From Candidatus Eiseniibacteriota bacterium (GTDB taxonomy: Bacteria > Eisenbacteria > RBG-16-71-46), in contig JAHFBW010000003.1 of NCBI GenBank assembly GCA_023249845.1, positions 1 to 45,949 on the forward strand: a stretch of DNA of 45,949 nucleotides, read 5' to 3'. The translations under genes were made by a program, and so were the position numbers. Below, piece by piece: positions 1 through 9,245 of this stretch. Each line of letters starts with the position of its first letter. Position 1 is the first letter of the stretch. Under the pieces are notes generated by a model. It was not told the origin of the DNA, ran no database searches, and was given only the letters and a program-made list of their open reading frames with translations.

Positions 1-2258
1 GTGAACATCCAGCCGCGCGCCACCTGCGCGACGCGGCCGTGCGCGACGAGGTCGCAATCGCCCGCCGCAGCGCGCTGCGTGAGCGTGTCCATGCGCGCCA
101 CGCGCCCGGCGCCGGCGCCGCCGTCGAACGTCACCTGCGCGCCGACCGCGGGCGCCATGCCGGTGTCGAACGCGAGCAGGTACGCTTCGAGATCGCGCCG
201 CTGCGCGTCACCCGCCGCCCCGGCCGCGAAGTTGAACCCGGGGAAATGCAGGAAGTCGAACAGGTTGTCGGTCGAGCCGTCGTGGATGAATCCGGCGCCG
301 CGCTTGTTCACCACGCCGGTCGCGTCGGTGAAGCCGGTCTTCTGGTAGAGGTTCCGGAGCTGCGGCACCTTGACGTCCTGCGTCGACTGCAGCGCGAAGC
401 GGTCGATGAGCTGGCGGTTCGTTCCCGTCGGCAAGCTGTGACAGAACGCGCACGGCTGGCCCCCGTCCACGGGTGTCCCGACGAAGAACGCGCGCCCGCG
501 CTCGGCGCTCGGCTGGCCCGCGGGCGCATCGCGGAACGTGCGGTCGAGGAACTGGTTCGGGTTGGGCGGATAGACGAGCGGCAGCACGAACTGCGACATC
601 GCCACCATCTCGCTGTCCGGGATCGGCGCGGCGAGCCCGAGCAGCCCTTGCGTGGCGCCCCGGAACGCGAAGAAGTCCGCGCGGTCTCCGCGCCAGTGGA
701 GCAAGCCAGTGTTCGGGAGCCCGCGAAGACTCTGCGTCGTCATGGGTCCCTTCATCGGGTGCATGGGAGTGAGTAGCGGGTCCAGCATGCCCGGCGGTAC
801 CGGCGTCATGGAGCCCGTAGGGTCGCCCAGGTCCCACGCGAGGTTGTCGAGGTCGCCGAAGAAATGACAGCTCGCGCACGCCTCATCGCCATGCCCCGAC
901 GTGAAGCCGCCGTAGAAGAAACGCCGGCCGTTCACGATGTCGTCAGGCGTCGGATCGAACCCGATCGAGGCGACGCCCAGGCTGTGGATCGTGGCCGCGG
1001 ACAGCGTCTGCAATTCGCCTCTGAAGCGGCCGAGCACGTACACGCGTTGGCGCGCGCCGTCCACCACGATCCCGGTAGGGCCGGCCACGGTCGGCACCCT
1101 CGCGAGCAGCGCGCCTTCCGCGCTCAGCACACCGAGCCTGCCGGAACCCATCGCAGACACGTAGAGCCGCTCCCCGTCCGGCGACCACGCGGCGCCCATG
1201 GGGAGTGCCAGCGACGAGTCGCGCTCGGAGGCCGGCCCGTTCGGCACCGCGTAGTTGATGTGCGGGTTCAATCCCACGACGGTGGCCGGGCCCACGGGCG
1301 GCACGAGCGCGACGCGCGACTCGGTCGCGTGGCCGCGCACGTTCGGCTCGAAGCGGACCTCGCTCATGGCCTCGGTGCCCACGCTCGCGCACACGCCGCT
1401 CACCGGGTTGATACCGGTAGCGAACATCGAGCTGGCGAGATCGCCGTACGTCGAGAGCGTGCCCAGGCTCGTGACGTCCAGCCGCACGAGTTCCACGCGC
1501 GGCACCGTGTAGGGCACCTTCGAGTCCCAGAGCTTGCCCGCGACGTCTCGCCAGTGACCGCTCACGAAGTGCACGATGAGCCCGGTCTTGGGCGCCGGCG
1601 GCAGGGCCGCGCTCTTGGGCGGCTGCGGCGCCGGCAGCGAATCACCAGCCTCGGTCTGCGATAGAACCGTGGCGCCGTCGTTTCCATTGAACACCGCCGC
1701 CATCACCGACAGGCCATCCGCGCTCACCGAGAGCGAGCGCGGCTTGCGTGCGGGGATCGCGATCACCAGCGGCGATGCCGCAAGGTCCGCGGGGTCGTAG
1801 AGCTTGACCGCGTCCTCCTGCGACACGCTCACCCACGCTCGAGACGGCGTGCTCGCGAACACCACGTCGCTGGGCTCGTCGCCCACGTACAGCGTGGCGC
1901 GCACGTTTCGCGTGACCAGGTTCACGATGCTGATGTCGTCCGAGAGCTGGTTCACGACCCAGGCCTCGTCGTTCGAGCGCACCGCGACCGAGACGGGCTC
2001 GAGTCCCACCGGAATGTCCGCGACGCGCACCGGGAGCGCGCCGGTGAGGCTCAGTACGGTGAGCGTGCCGGCGGCGGTGTTGACGGCGAGGAGTCGGGTG
2101 CCATCCGGAGTCATGGCAAGCGGATGCACATGGCCGCTCTCGAAATGGGCGAAGTCGGCGACGGCCTGGGTCCGCGTCACCGCCGGATGAGGGGAGAGCG
2201 CAGTGACCGCTGCGGCGAGGCTCGAGCCAGCGAGCAGCAGGGCCAGCGACCGGCGCAT
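1..2258 (-). CDS. Secreted beta-propeller repeat / di-haem cytochrome c (peroxidase-like) protein, C-terminus cut by window edge
   Basis: Absent from the ORF track because it has no stop inside the window. Read on the reverse complement, ATG at 2258-2256 has GGAGG about 7 nt upstream, and the frame stays open to base 1 (752 codons + 2 nt). Translation starts MRRSLALLLAGSSLAAAVTA (signal peptide). Propeller-like repeats follow (..MTPDGTRLLAVNTAAGTLTVLSL.., ..WSPDGERLYVSAMGSGRLGVL..). Two haem-c motifs are present: DEACASCHFFGD and GQPCAFCHSLP. Confidence 0.75.
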   Translation of the reverse strand, partial: MRRSLALLLAGSSLAAAVTALSPHPAVTRTQAVADFAHFESGHVHPLAMTPDGTRLLAVNTAAGTLTVLSLTGALPVRVADIPVGLEPVSVAVRSNDEAWVVNQLSDDISIVNLVTRNVRATLYVGDEPSDVVFASTPSRAWVSVSQEDAVKLYDPADLAASPLVIAIPARKPRSLSVSADGLSVMAAVFNGNDGATVLSQTEAGDSLPAPQPPKSAALPPAPKTGLIVHFVSGHWRDVAGKLWDSKVPYTVPRVELVRLDVTSLGTLSTYGDLASSMFATGINPVSGVCASVGTEAMSEVRFEPNVRGHATESRVALVPPVGPATVVGLNPHINYAVPNGPASERDSSLALPMGAAWSPDGERLYVSAMGSGRLGVLSAEGALLARVPTVAGPTGIVVDGARQRVYVLGRFRGELQTLSAATIHSLGVASIGFDPTPDDIVNGRRFFYGGFTSGHGDEACASCHFFGDLDNLAWDLGDPTGSMTPVPPGMLDPLLTPMHPMKGPMTTQSLRGLPNTGLLHWRGDRADFFAFRGATQGLLGLAAPIPDSEMVAMSQFVLPLVYPPNPNQFLDRTFRDAPAGQPSAERGRAFFVGTPVDGGQPCAFCHSLPTGTNRQLIDRFALQSTQDVKVPQLRNLYQKTGFTDATGVVNKRGAGFIHDGSTDNLFDFLHFPGFNFAAGAAGDAQRRDLEAYLLAFDTGMAPAVGAQVTFDGGAGAGRVARMDTLTQRAAAGDCDLVAHGRVAQVARGWMF

Positions 2259-2482
2259 GACTTCCCCTCCAGGTTCGGGAGCGTGGCAGTGGAACCGCCA
2301 CATCATATGGAATCCCACGCGGGGTTGGTCAGGCAACGGGTTTCTGCCCGCCGCGCCATCTGCTGACGCGTGCGGCCAGTGCACACGGCGAGATGCACTT
2401 GCGGCCGTGTCCTCATCGGCCGCTCGACACCCTGGACCTCGGCCCCGCCAGGAACCGATCGGGAGCGGGGTCCCGACGAGCG

Positions 2483-2511
2483 TTGACCGGCCGAAGCGGA
2501 CCCCCTTACAC
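2483..2511 (+). promoter_or_regulatory. Putative sigma70-type promoter for the rib leader (TTGACC - 17 nt - TTACAC)
   Basis: TTGACC at 2483-2488 and TTACAC at 2506-2511 with a 17-nt spacer, just upstream of the riboswitch P1 helix. The -10 element is weak. Confidence 0.3.
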
Positions 2512-2517
2512 TTCTCC

Positions 2518-2655
2518 CCACTTTTTCCTTCGGGGCGGGGTGCAAAGTCCCCACCGGCGGTAAAGCCCGCGAGCCTCGGCGCGCAAGCGCTTTTGGCAGA
2601 CCCGGTGAGATTCCGGGGCCGACCGTGACAGTCGGGATGAGAGAAGGAAGAGCGC
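2518..2655 (+). promoter_or_regulatory. FMN riboswitch (RFN element) leader of the rib genes
   Basis: Matches the conserved RFN core: ..ttccttCGGGGCGGGGTGCAAAGTCCCCACCGGCGGTAAAGCCCGCGAGC..GGCAGACCCGGTGAGATTCCGGGGCCGACCGTGACAGTCGGGATGAGAGAAGGAA.. P1 pairs ttcctt (2525-2530) with aaggaa (2644-2649). It lies directly upstream of ribD. No intrinsic terminator follows, so the expression platform is unresolved. Confidence 0.85.
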
Positions 2656-2740
2656 AGCGGACGCCGAACGGCCGGGACACCGGTCGATCGAGGCGGTGCC
2701 GTGCGATCGTCCGCGCCCCGCGTGTTCCTCCGGGGCTCCC

Positions 2741-3850
2741 ATGGCTAGTGCCTCTCGCCGAAACCTCGAAGCCGATCGCCTCATGCGTCGCGCGCTGAGT
2801 CTCGCGGAGCGCGGACGCGGACGCACGGCGCCCAATCCGATCGTGGGCGCTGTGGTCGTTCGTGATGGGCGCGTCGTGGGAGAGGGTTGGCATCGTGCGG
2901 TCGGCCTCGAGCACGCCGAGATCGAAGCGCTGCGCCGGGCGGGACGCCTGGCGCGTGGCGCCACGATGTACGTGACGCTCGAGCCATGTGCGCACTGGGG
3001 TCGGACACCCCCCTGCGCCGAGGCGTTGATCGAGGCGGGTATCGCGCGCTGCGTCGTGGCGCAACGCGATCCCGATCCGCGCGTGAACGGCCGCGGGCTC
3101 CGCCGGCTCCGCGCCGCGGGTGTGAAGGTGGAACTGGGCCTGTTCGCCGCCCAAGCGCGTGCGCAGCTCGCCGGCTACCTGCGTTCGCGACGGCTCGGCG
3201 AACCTCGCGTGACCTGGAAGGTGGCAGCCACGCTCGATGGCCGCATCAACGACGCCCGCGGGCGTTCGCGCTGGATCACGGGTCCCGCCGCGCGTGCCGA
3301 CGCACACCGGTTGCGCGCCGCGAGCGACGCCATCGTGGTGGGGGCGGGCACGGCTCGCGCCGACGACCCGCGGCTCACGGTGCGCGGAGTCGCAAACGCC
3401 CCGTCGCCGCTTCGCGTTGTCGTGGACTCGGGGCTCAAGCTGGCGCTTGAGCTCAAGCTCTTCTCGGCAGCACTCGCACGCGGAACGGTCGTGGCCTGCA
3501 CGAGAGCTGCACCGGGCTCGCGCGAGCGCGCGCTCACCGCGCGGGGTGTGACGGTGTGGCGGGTCGCGGCGCAGCGCGGCCGCGTCTCCCCCCGCGCACT
3601 CGTCCAGCGGCTCGCGCGCGAGGGCCGTCACGAGGTGCTGCTCGAGGGGGGCGCCTCGCTCGGCTCGGCGTTCCTCAAGGCCGGGCTCGTCCAGCGTGTC
3701 GTGCTCTACACCGCGCCGCTCGTCTTGGGCGGCGGGCTCGCGTGGTGCGAAGGACTGAACCTCGCGCTCGCGGACGCGACGCGAGGTCGCGTCCACTCCC
3801 TGACGCGCCTCGGCGACGACTCGAAGCTCGTCGTGGAACTGGAGGGCTGA
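2741..3850 (+). CDS. ribD: Bifunctional diaminohydroxyphosphoribosylaminopyrimidine deaminase / 5-amino-6-(5-phosphoribosylamino)uracil reductase
   Basis: Zinc deaminase motifs HAEIEAL and PCAHWGRTPPC, then a reductase domain (KVAATLDGRI.., LLEGGASLGSAFL). The N-terminus LMRRALSLAERGRGRTAPNPIVG aligns with the start of E. coli RibD. I trimmed the ORF-track GTG 2696 to ATG 2741, so the start is uncertain by about 45 nt. Confidence 0.9.
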   Translation: MASASRRNLEADRLMRRALSLAERGRGRTAPNPIVGAVVVRDGRVVGEGWHRAVGLEHAEIEALRRAGRLARGATMYVTLEPCAHWGRTPPCAEALIEAGIARCVVAQRDPDPRVNGRGLRRLRAAGVKVELGLFAAQARAQLAGYLRSRRLGEPRVTWKVAATLDGRINDARGRSRWITGPAARADAHRLRAASDAIVVGAGTARADDPRLTVRGVANAPSPLRVVVDSGLKLALELKLFSAALARGTVVACTRAAPGSRERALTARGVTVWRVAAQRGRVSPRALVQRLAREGRHEVLLEGGASLGSAFLKAGLVQRVVLYTAPLVLGGGLAWCEGLNLALADATRGRVHSLTRLGDDSKLVVELEG

Positions 3851-3852
3851 GC

Positions 3853-4461
3853 GTGTTCACCGGATTGATCGAGGAACTGGGACGTGTGCAGCGCGTCGAG
3901 TCGCGACCCGACGGACGGCGATTCTGGATCGCGGCGCGCGACGTCCTCGAAGACACGCGCGTCGGCGACAGCATCGCCTGTTCGGGCTGCTGCCTCACTG
4001 CGGTGGCGGTCGAGCCGGGACGGTTCGCGGTGGAGGTGGTACCGGAGACACTGCGACGCACGACCCTCGGCGAGTGGCGGGAGGATACCGCCGTCAACCT
4101 CGAACGCTCGCTGCGCGTCGGGGATCGGCTCGGCGGGCATTGGGTGCAGGGTCACGTGGACTCGGTGGGTGAGGTGCGCGCGAGCGTGCCCGAGGGCGAC
4201 GGCCGACGCGTGATACTCGAGCTCCCCACAGCGCTCCGGCGTTATGTGGCGCTCAAGGGCTCGCTCGCCGTGGATGGCGTGAGTCTCACGGTCGCGGCGC
4301 TCACCGACAGCGGATGCGAAATCGCGTACATTCCCCATACACTCGCAGTCACCTCGGCGGGAACCTACGAGCCGGGCACGCGAGTGAACCTCGAAGTGGA
4401 CCTACTGGCCCGCTACCTCGCGCGCATGCTCGAGGCTCCGGGCGAAGGATACGCACCGTGA
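3853..4461 (+). CDS. ribE: Riboflavin synthase (alpha chain)
   Basis: GTG 3853 gives the canonical N-terminus (M)[11 protein letters not shown]. The internal duplicated lumazine-binding repeat is visible (..[12 protein letters not shown].. / ..[12 protein letters not shown]..). The long upstream extension in the ORF track (from 3556) overlaps ribD and was rejected. Confidence 0.9.
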   Translation: MFTGLIEELGRVQRVESRPDGRRFWIAARDVLEDTRVGDSIACSGCCLTAVAVEPGRFAVEVVPETLRRTTLGEWREDTAVNLERSLRVGDRLGGHWVQGHVDSVGEVRASVPEGDGRRVILELPTALRRYVALKGSLAVDGVSLTVAALTDSGCEIAYIPHTLAVTSAGTYEPGTRVNLEVDLLARYLARMLEAPGEGYAP

Positions 4462-5738
4462 CTCCCGTGACGAAGACCCCGCGTCGTCCGGCCGCGACCG
4501 CTCGCCGACGCGCCGCGCCGGACGAGGTTCTGCTCACCGTGGACGAGGCGCTCCGCCGCATCAAGGCCGGGCGCATGGTCATCGTGGTGGATGACGCCGA
4601 CCGCGAGAACGAGGGCGACATCGTGTTCGCCGCTGAGCACGCGAGCCCGGCGCTCGTGAATTTCGCGGTCAAGCACTGCCGCGGAATCTTGTGCGCCCCG
4701 ATGGCACCAGAGATCTCGGATCGGCTCGGGCTCAAGCTGCTCGTCTCGGATAACACCTCAAAGTTCGGCACGCCGTTCACCGAGTCCGTGGACGCGAAGC
4801 GTGGAACCACGACGGGCACATCGGCATTCGACCGCGCCCGCACGCTGCGAGCGCTGGCCCGTCCGGCCGCCGTCGCGGGCGACTTCGTCCGACCGGGCCA
4901 CGTGTTCCCGCTGCGCGCGGTGCCCGGCGGCGTGCTGCGCCGCGCCGGCCACACCGAGGCCGCGCCGGATCTCTGCCGACTCGCCGGCCTGCAGCCGGTT
5001 GCGGCGGTGTGCGAGATCCTGGACGAGGAAGGCCACATGATGCGGCTGCCCGAGCTGCGCTTGTTCGCGCGGAGGCACGAGCTTGGCATCCTCACGATTC
5101 GCGATCTCATTGAATGGCGCCGCCAGCGCGAGCAGCTCGTGCGGCCCGTCGTCCAGGTGCCGCTGCCCACCGCGGAGGGCGTGTTCCAGCTCCACCTCTA
5201 CGAGAGCGTGCTCGAGGGGGATCACCACATCGCCCTCGTCAAGGGGCGCATCTCGCCCAAGGCGCCGGCCCTCGTGCGCGTGCACTCGCAGTGCCTGACC
5301 GGCGACGTGTTCGGGTCCCAGCGCTGTGACTGCGGGCCGCAGCTCCACGCGGCGCTGCGCGCGATCGCGAAGCACGGCTCCGGAGTGCTGCTCTACCTGC
5401 GTCAGGAGGGCCGCGGCATCGGTCTCGAGAACAAGCTGCGCGCCTACAAGCTCCAGGACAAGGGCTTCGACACTGTGACCGCGAACCTGAAGCTCGGTTT
5501 CGCCGCGGACCTACGCGACTACGGCATCGGCGCGCAGATCCTCGTGGACCTGGGCGTGCGCCGCATCCGGCTGCTCACGAACAATCCCCGGAAGGTGGTG
5601 GGACTCGAGGCGTACGGCCTCACCATCGAGAGCCGGGTGCCGGTGCAGGTGGCTCCGAACCGCCACAACCGTCGCTATCTCTCGACCAAGCGCGACAAGC
5701 TCGGTCACCTGCTCGAGCTGGCACAGGAGGACGCGTGA
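4458..5738 (+). CDS. ribBA: Bifunctional 3,4-dihydroxy-2-butanone-4-phosphate synthase / GTP cyclohydrolase II
   Basis: DHBP synthase motif [21 protein letters not shown] cyclohydrolase II zinc motif [26 protein letters not shown] start 4458 overlaps the ribE stop (GTGA). Confidence 0.9.
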   Translation: MTPVTKTPRRPAATARRRAAPDEVLLTVDEALRRIKAGRMVIVVDDADRENEGDIVFAAEHASPALVNFAVKHCRGILCAPMAPEISDRLGLKLLVSDNTSKFGTPFTESVDAKRGTTTGTSAFDRARTLRALARPAAVAGDFVRPGHVFPLRAVPGGVLRRAGHTEAAPDLCRLAGLQPVAAVCEILDEEGHMMRLPELRLFARRHELGILTIRDLIEWRRQREQLVRPVVQVPLPTAEGVFQLHLYESVLEGDHHIALVKGRISPKAPALVRVHSQCLTGDVFGSQRCDCGPQLHAALRAIAKHGSGVLLYLRQEGRGIGLENKLRAYKLQDKGFDTVTANLKLGFAADLRDYGIGAQILVDLGVRRIRLLTNNPRKVVGLEAYGLTIESRVPVQVAPNRHNRRYLSTKRDKLGHLLELAQEDA

Positions 5739-6187
5739 GCGTGGCCGGACTCCGATTCGCGGTGGTCGCGGCGCGCTGGAACGAGACGTTCGTGCGCCGC
5801 CTGGTGGACGCGGCGCTCGACACGTTGCGGCGCTCGGGCGTACGCGAGGAGGACGTCGAGCTGACGTGGGTGCCCGGCAGCCACGAGCTGCCGGTGGCGG
5901 CGTCGTGGGCGGCGGACTCGGGCCGGTTCGAGGCCGTCCTGGCGTTCGGCGTGGTGATCCGCGGTGAGACCGAGCACTTCCGCATCGTCGCGGACGGCGC
6001 GGCGTCAGGACTGCAGCGCGTCGCGCTCGACACGGGCGTGCCGGTGATGAACGGCGTGCTGGCGGTGAACGACGCCGCGCAGGCCGAGGCGCGCTGCGGC
6101 GGAAGCCACGGCAACTCCGGCTCGCAGGTGGCACTCGCCGGAATCGCGATGGCCGAACTCTACGCGGCCGCGCGGGGGAGTGCGTGA
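5735..6187 (+). CDS. ribH: 6,7-dimethyl-8-ribityllumazine synthase
   Basis: [52 protein letters not shown] are typical RibH blocks. The GTGA start overlaps the ribBA stop. Confidence 0.9.
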   Translation: MSVAGLRFAVVAARWNETFVRRLVDAALDTLRRSGVREEDVELTWVPGSHELPVAASWAADSGRFEAVLAFGVVIRGETEHFRIVADGAASGLQRVALDTGVPVMNGVLAVNDAAQAEARCGGSHGNSGSQVALAGIAMAELYAAARGSA

Positions 6188-6621
6188 GCCCGGCCACGGG
6201 CGCGCGCCGGCGCGCGCGCGAGGTGGCGTTCCGCGTGGCGTACCAGGCCGACATCGCGGGGGACGCCTATCCGGTGGCGTGGGGACTGCGCCGCGAACAG
6301 GAGGAGAAGCTCACGCAGGACCAGCTTCGACTCGTCGAGGATCTCGTGGCGGCGCTCGAGACTCGCGGCGGCGAGGTGGACGAGCAGCTTCAGTCAGCAC
6401 TTGCGGAACGCTGGCCGGTGGCGCGTCTCGCGGCCACCGATCGCGCCGTGTTGCGCGTCGCGATCGCCGAGCTCTTGACGCGGCCGGGCTCGCCGGCGCG
6501 GGTGGTGTTGGACGAAGCCATCGAGATCGCGCGCACGTTCGGCAGCGAGGAGTCCGGCGGGTTCGTGAACGGCGTGCTCGACCAGGCGGCACGCCGCCTG
6601 CGGCCGGCGGAGTTCGCATGA
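6184..6621 (+). CDS. nusB: Transcription antitermination factor NusB
   Basis: About 145 aa. RRRAREVAFRVAYQADI.. and ..RVVLDEAIEIARTFGSEESGGFVNGVLD are NusB signatures. It sits in the conserved ribH-nusB position. GTGA overlap. Confidence 0.85.
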   Translation: MSPATGARRRAREVAFRVAYQADIAGDAYPVAWGLRREQEEKLTQDQLRLVEDLVAALETRGGEVDEQLQSALAERWPVARLAATDRAVLRVAIAELLTRPGSPARVVLDEAIEIARTFGSEESGGFVNGVLDQAARRLRPAEFA

Positions 6622-7343
6622 AGCACGCCGTGCTGAGCGACGTGCACGCGAACGTCGAGGCGCTGGACGCCGTGCTCGCGAGCGCCACCGAGCGCGGCGC
6701 CGAAGACTTGGTCTGCCTGGGTGACTTCGTGGGCTACGGTGCGTCGCCGAACGAATGCGTCGAGCGGCTTCGCCCGCGCATCGAGACCGCCGTGCTCGGG
6801 AACCACGACCAGGCCGTGTTCGATCCCTCGTGGCTCGAGAACTTCAACGAAGAGGCCGCCGCCGCCGCGCGCTGGACCGCGACCACGTTGAGCCACGAGC
6901 ACCTGGACTACCTGCGCGCGCTGCCGTTCTCGGTGCCGTGGCGCGGCGCGCGCCTCGTGCACGCCTCGCCGGCCGAGCCCGGAGCGTGGAACTACGTGTT
7001 CACGCCGCACGAGGCCGTTGTGGAGATGGACGCGTGCGAGGAGCCGGTGTGTCTCGTTGGGCATTCACACTACCCGGGTACATTCGAGGTGAACGGCCGG
7101 CGTGCCGCGTACACGCGCGACGCGCGCATCGCGGGCCGGCGCGACCGGCGCTACTTGGTGGTCGTGCCGAGCGTCGGCCAGCCGCGCGACGGCGATCCGC
7201 GCGCCGGCTACCTGCTGTGGGACGACGAGGCATGGACGTTCGAGCACGTGCGGTTGGAGTACGACCTGGAGCGTGCCATCGAACGCATCGAACGGGCGGG
7301 CTTGCCGAGCGCGCTGGGCGAGCGCCTGCGCTGGGGGGAATAG
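6618..7343 (+). CDS. Metallophosphoesterase family protein
   Basis: Calcineurin-like motifs in order: SDVH, GDFVGYG, GNHD, GHSH. ATG 6618 overlaps the nusB stop (ATGA). The ORF-track N-terminal extension from 6180 overlaps nusB and was rejected. Confidence 0.8.
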   Translation: MKHAVLSDVHANVEALDAVLASATERGAEDLVCLGDFVGYGASPNECVERLRPRIETAVLGNHDQAVFDPSWLENFNEEAAAAARWTATTLSHEHLDYLRALPFSVPWRGARLVHASPAEPGAWNYVFTPHEAVVEMDACEEPVCLVGHSHYPGTFEVNGRRAAYTRDARIAGRRDRRYLVVVPSVGQPRDGDPRAGYLLWDDEAWTFEHVRLEYDLERAIERIERAGLPSALGERLRWGE

Positions 7344-8119
7344 TGACGCGCGCCTCGACACTCGACCACTGGGAGTCCTACTGGAAGGGACACCGCCAGG
7401 ACATTCACGACACCTATTCCACCGGAGGACGTCTGGTGCGCGAGGTACTGGCGGACGGTCCCGTGGAGGGCCGGCTCGTGCTCGAGATCGGCGCCGGCTC
7501 GGGGCGCGATCTGCTCGAGCTGGCGCGCCAGGGCGCGCGCGGAATCGTGCTCGACTATTCGCCGGCAGCGCTGGTACTCGTGAGGCAGCAGGCGGACTCC
7601 CTCGGCATCCCGGTGATGCTCGTCCAGGCGGACGCCACACGCATGCCGTTTCGCGACTGCGCCATCGACGTGTCGTTCCACCAGGGCCTGCTCGAGCATT
7701 TCCGCGACCCGCGGCGGCTGCTCGCCGAGAACACGCGCATCACGCGGCCGGGGGGCCGCGTGCTCGTGGACGTGCCGCAGGCCTGGCATCTCTACACGGT
7801 CATGAAGCAGGTGCTCATCCTGATCAATCGCTGGTTCGCGGGCTGGGAGACCCAGTTCAACGTGCCGCAGCTCGAGCGTCTGATTCGCGAGTCCGGGCTC
7901 GAGGTGGTGCGCACGTACGGCGACTGGATGGTGCCCGGGTTGTGGTATCGCGTGACGCGCGAGGTGCTGAAGCGCGGATTCGGCGTAAGGTTGCCGCTCC
8001 ACCCGCGCGGCCCCGCAGCGTGGTCTCGCGCCTGGGAGCGCTGGCGCTCGTGGCTTCGCGGCAGGCGCTGGGCGCTCCACAGCTGTCACGTCATCGGGAC
8101 GGTCGGGCGCAGACCGTGA
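7343..8119 (+). CDS. Class I SAM-dependent methyltransferase
   Basis: SAM motif I VLEIGAGSGRDLLELA, followed by ..VLDYSP.., ..DVSFHQGLLEHF.. and ..RPGGRVLVDVP. GTG 7343 shares 1 nt with the upstream TAG. Confidence 0.8.
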   Translation: MTRASTLDHWESYWKGHRQDIHDTYSTGGRLVREVLADGPVEGRLVLEIGAGSGRDLLELARQGARGIVLDYSPAALVLVRQQADSLGIPVMLVQADATRMPFRDCAIDVSFHQGLLEHFRDPRRLLAENTRITRPGGRVLVDVPQAWHLYTVMKQVLILINRWFAGWETQFNVPQLERLIRESGLEVVRTYGDWMVPGLWYRVTREVLKRGFGVRLPLHPRGPAAWSRAWERWRSWLRGRRWALHSCHVIGTVGRRP

Positions 8120-8126
8120 CCCGCCG

Positions 8127-9245
8127 ATGACGCGTCGCCTGCTGGCGATCAACTTCCGCGATCCGGCGCACCCCGAGGCGGGGGGCGCCGAACTGCATCT
8201 GGAGCACGTGCTCGCGGAGGCCGTGCGACGCGGGTGGGACGTGACCTGGCTTGCCGCGGGATACGCGGGCGGAGCGCCTGCGGGGGAGCACCGCGGGATG
8301 CGCATCGTTCGTCGCGGCACGTGGTGGAACTTCAATCTGATCGTGCCGGGTGTGCTACGCCGCGAGTTCTCCGGAGCCATGCGGCCCGACCTCGTGGTGG
8401 AGGACGTCAACAAGGTGCCGTGCCTCGCGCCGTGGTTCACGCAGGCTCCAGTGGTGGTCGTGGTGCCGCACCTGTTCGGCACCACGGCATTCCGCGAAGC
8501 GAACGCGCTCATCGCGTGCTACGTCCTGACACTGGAGGCGCTGATCCCGGCTGCGTACCGGAAGTGCCGCTTCGTCGTCATCTCGGAGAGCACACGTGAC
8601 GACGTGGTCGCGCGCGGCATCCCCGCGCCGCAGGTCACCGTCGTGCACTGCGGTCTCGACCACGATCGCTATCACGCCGATCCCGCGACACCGAAGGCCG
8701 CGCGGCCCACGCTCACGTTCGTGGGGCGTCTGCGACGCTACAAGGGACTCGACTGGGTCTTGCGAGCACTCCCGGCGGTACTCGCCCGTGTGCCAGACGC
8801 GCGGCTCGAGATCATCGGGGACGGACCGCACATGGAGGCGCTTCGCCACGAGGTCGGGCGCATGAAGCTCGAGGCGAGCGTCACGTTCCTGGGGTTCCTT
8901 CCCGGTGAGCGCAAGGTGCAGCAACTGCGCTCGTCATGGGCCGTGCTGCAGCCTTCGCCCAAGGAGGGATGGGGGCTCACCGTCGTAGAGGCCTCGGCGT
9001 GTGGCACCGCGGTGATCGCGAGCGACGCGGCGGGCCTGCGCGATTCCGTCCGGCGCGACGAGACGGGACTGCTCGTGCCGTACGGCGACGTGGGGCGGCT
9101 CGCAGATGCCATGGTGCGCGTGCTCACGGACGCGCCGCTCCGCGAACGCCTCGAGCGCGGGGGACTCGAGTGGGCGGCACGGTTCCAGTGGCCGGAGTGT
9201 GGCCGGCGTTCGATGGATGCCCTCCTCGGGGAGGCATCCGCGTGA
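8127..9245 (+). CDS. Glycosyltransferase family 4 (GT-B)
   Basis: The C-terminal GT4 signature EGWGLTVVEASACGTAVIASDAAGLRDSVRRDETGLLVPYGD (E-x7-E type) is present, with a Rossmann-like N-domain. Confidence 0.85.
   Translation: MTRRLLAINFRDPAHPEAGGAELHLEHVLAEAVRRGWDVTWLAAGYAGGAPAGEHRGMRIVRRGTWWNFNLIVPGVLRREFSGAMRPDLVVEDVNKVPCLAPWFTQAPVVVVVPHLFGTTAFREANALIACYVLTLEALIPAAYRKCRFVVISESTRDDVVARGIPAPQVTVVHCGLDHDRYHADPATPKAARPTLTFVGRLRRYKGLDWVLRALPAVLARVPDARLEIIGDGPHMEALRHEVGRMKLEASVTFLGFLPGERKVQQLRSSWAVLQPSPKEGWGLTVVEASACGTAVIASDAAGLRDSVRRDETGLLVPYGDVGRLADAMVRVLTDAPLRERLERGGLEWAARFQWPECGRRSMDALLGEASA

Noticed and set aside
2283-2301. Inverted repeat GTGGC-n9-GCCAC and a TGGCAG (sigma54-like -24) motif in the divergent intergenic region.
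   Set aside because: The repeat arms are only 5 bp. There is no TTGC-type -12 element at the right spacing. In this GC context such matches are expected by chance.
2656-2740. Looked for the FMN riboswitch expression platform (terminator hairpin or SD-sequestering helix) between the aptamer and ribD.
   Set aside because: No hairpin followed by a U-run is present. Only a weak 5-nt complementarity exists (AGGAA at 2645-2649 with TTCCT at 2724-2728). This is not enough to assign a mechanism.
2696-2740. GTG 2696 as the ribD start, as given in the ORF track.
   Set aside because: The extra 15 residues (PCDRPRPACSSGAP) have no counterpart in RibD N-termini, and the GAGG is only 2 nt upstream of this GTG. 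ATG 2741 gives an N-terminus that aligns with E. coli RibD. The start remains uncertain.
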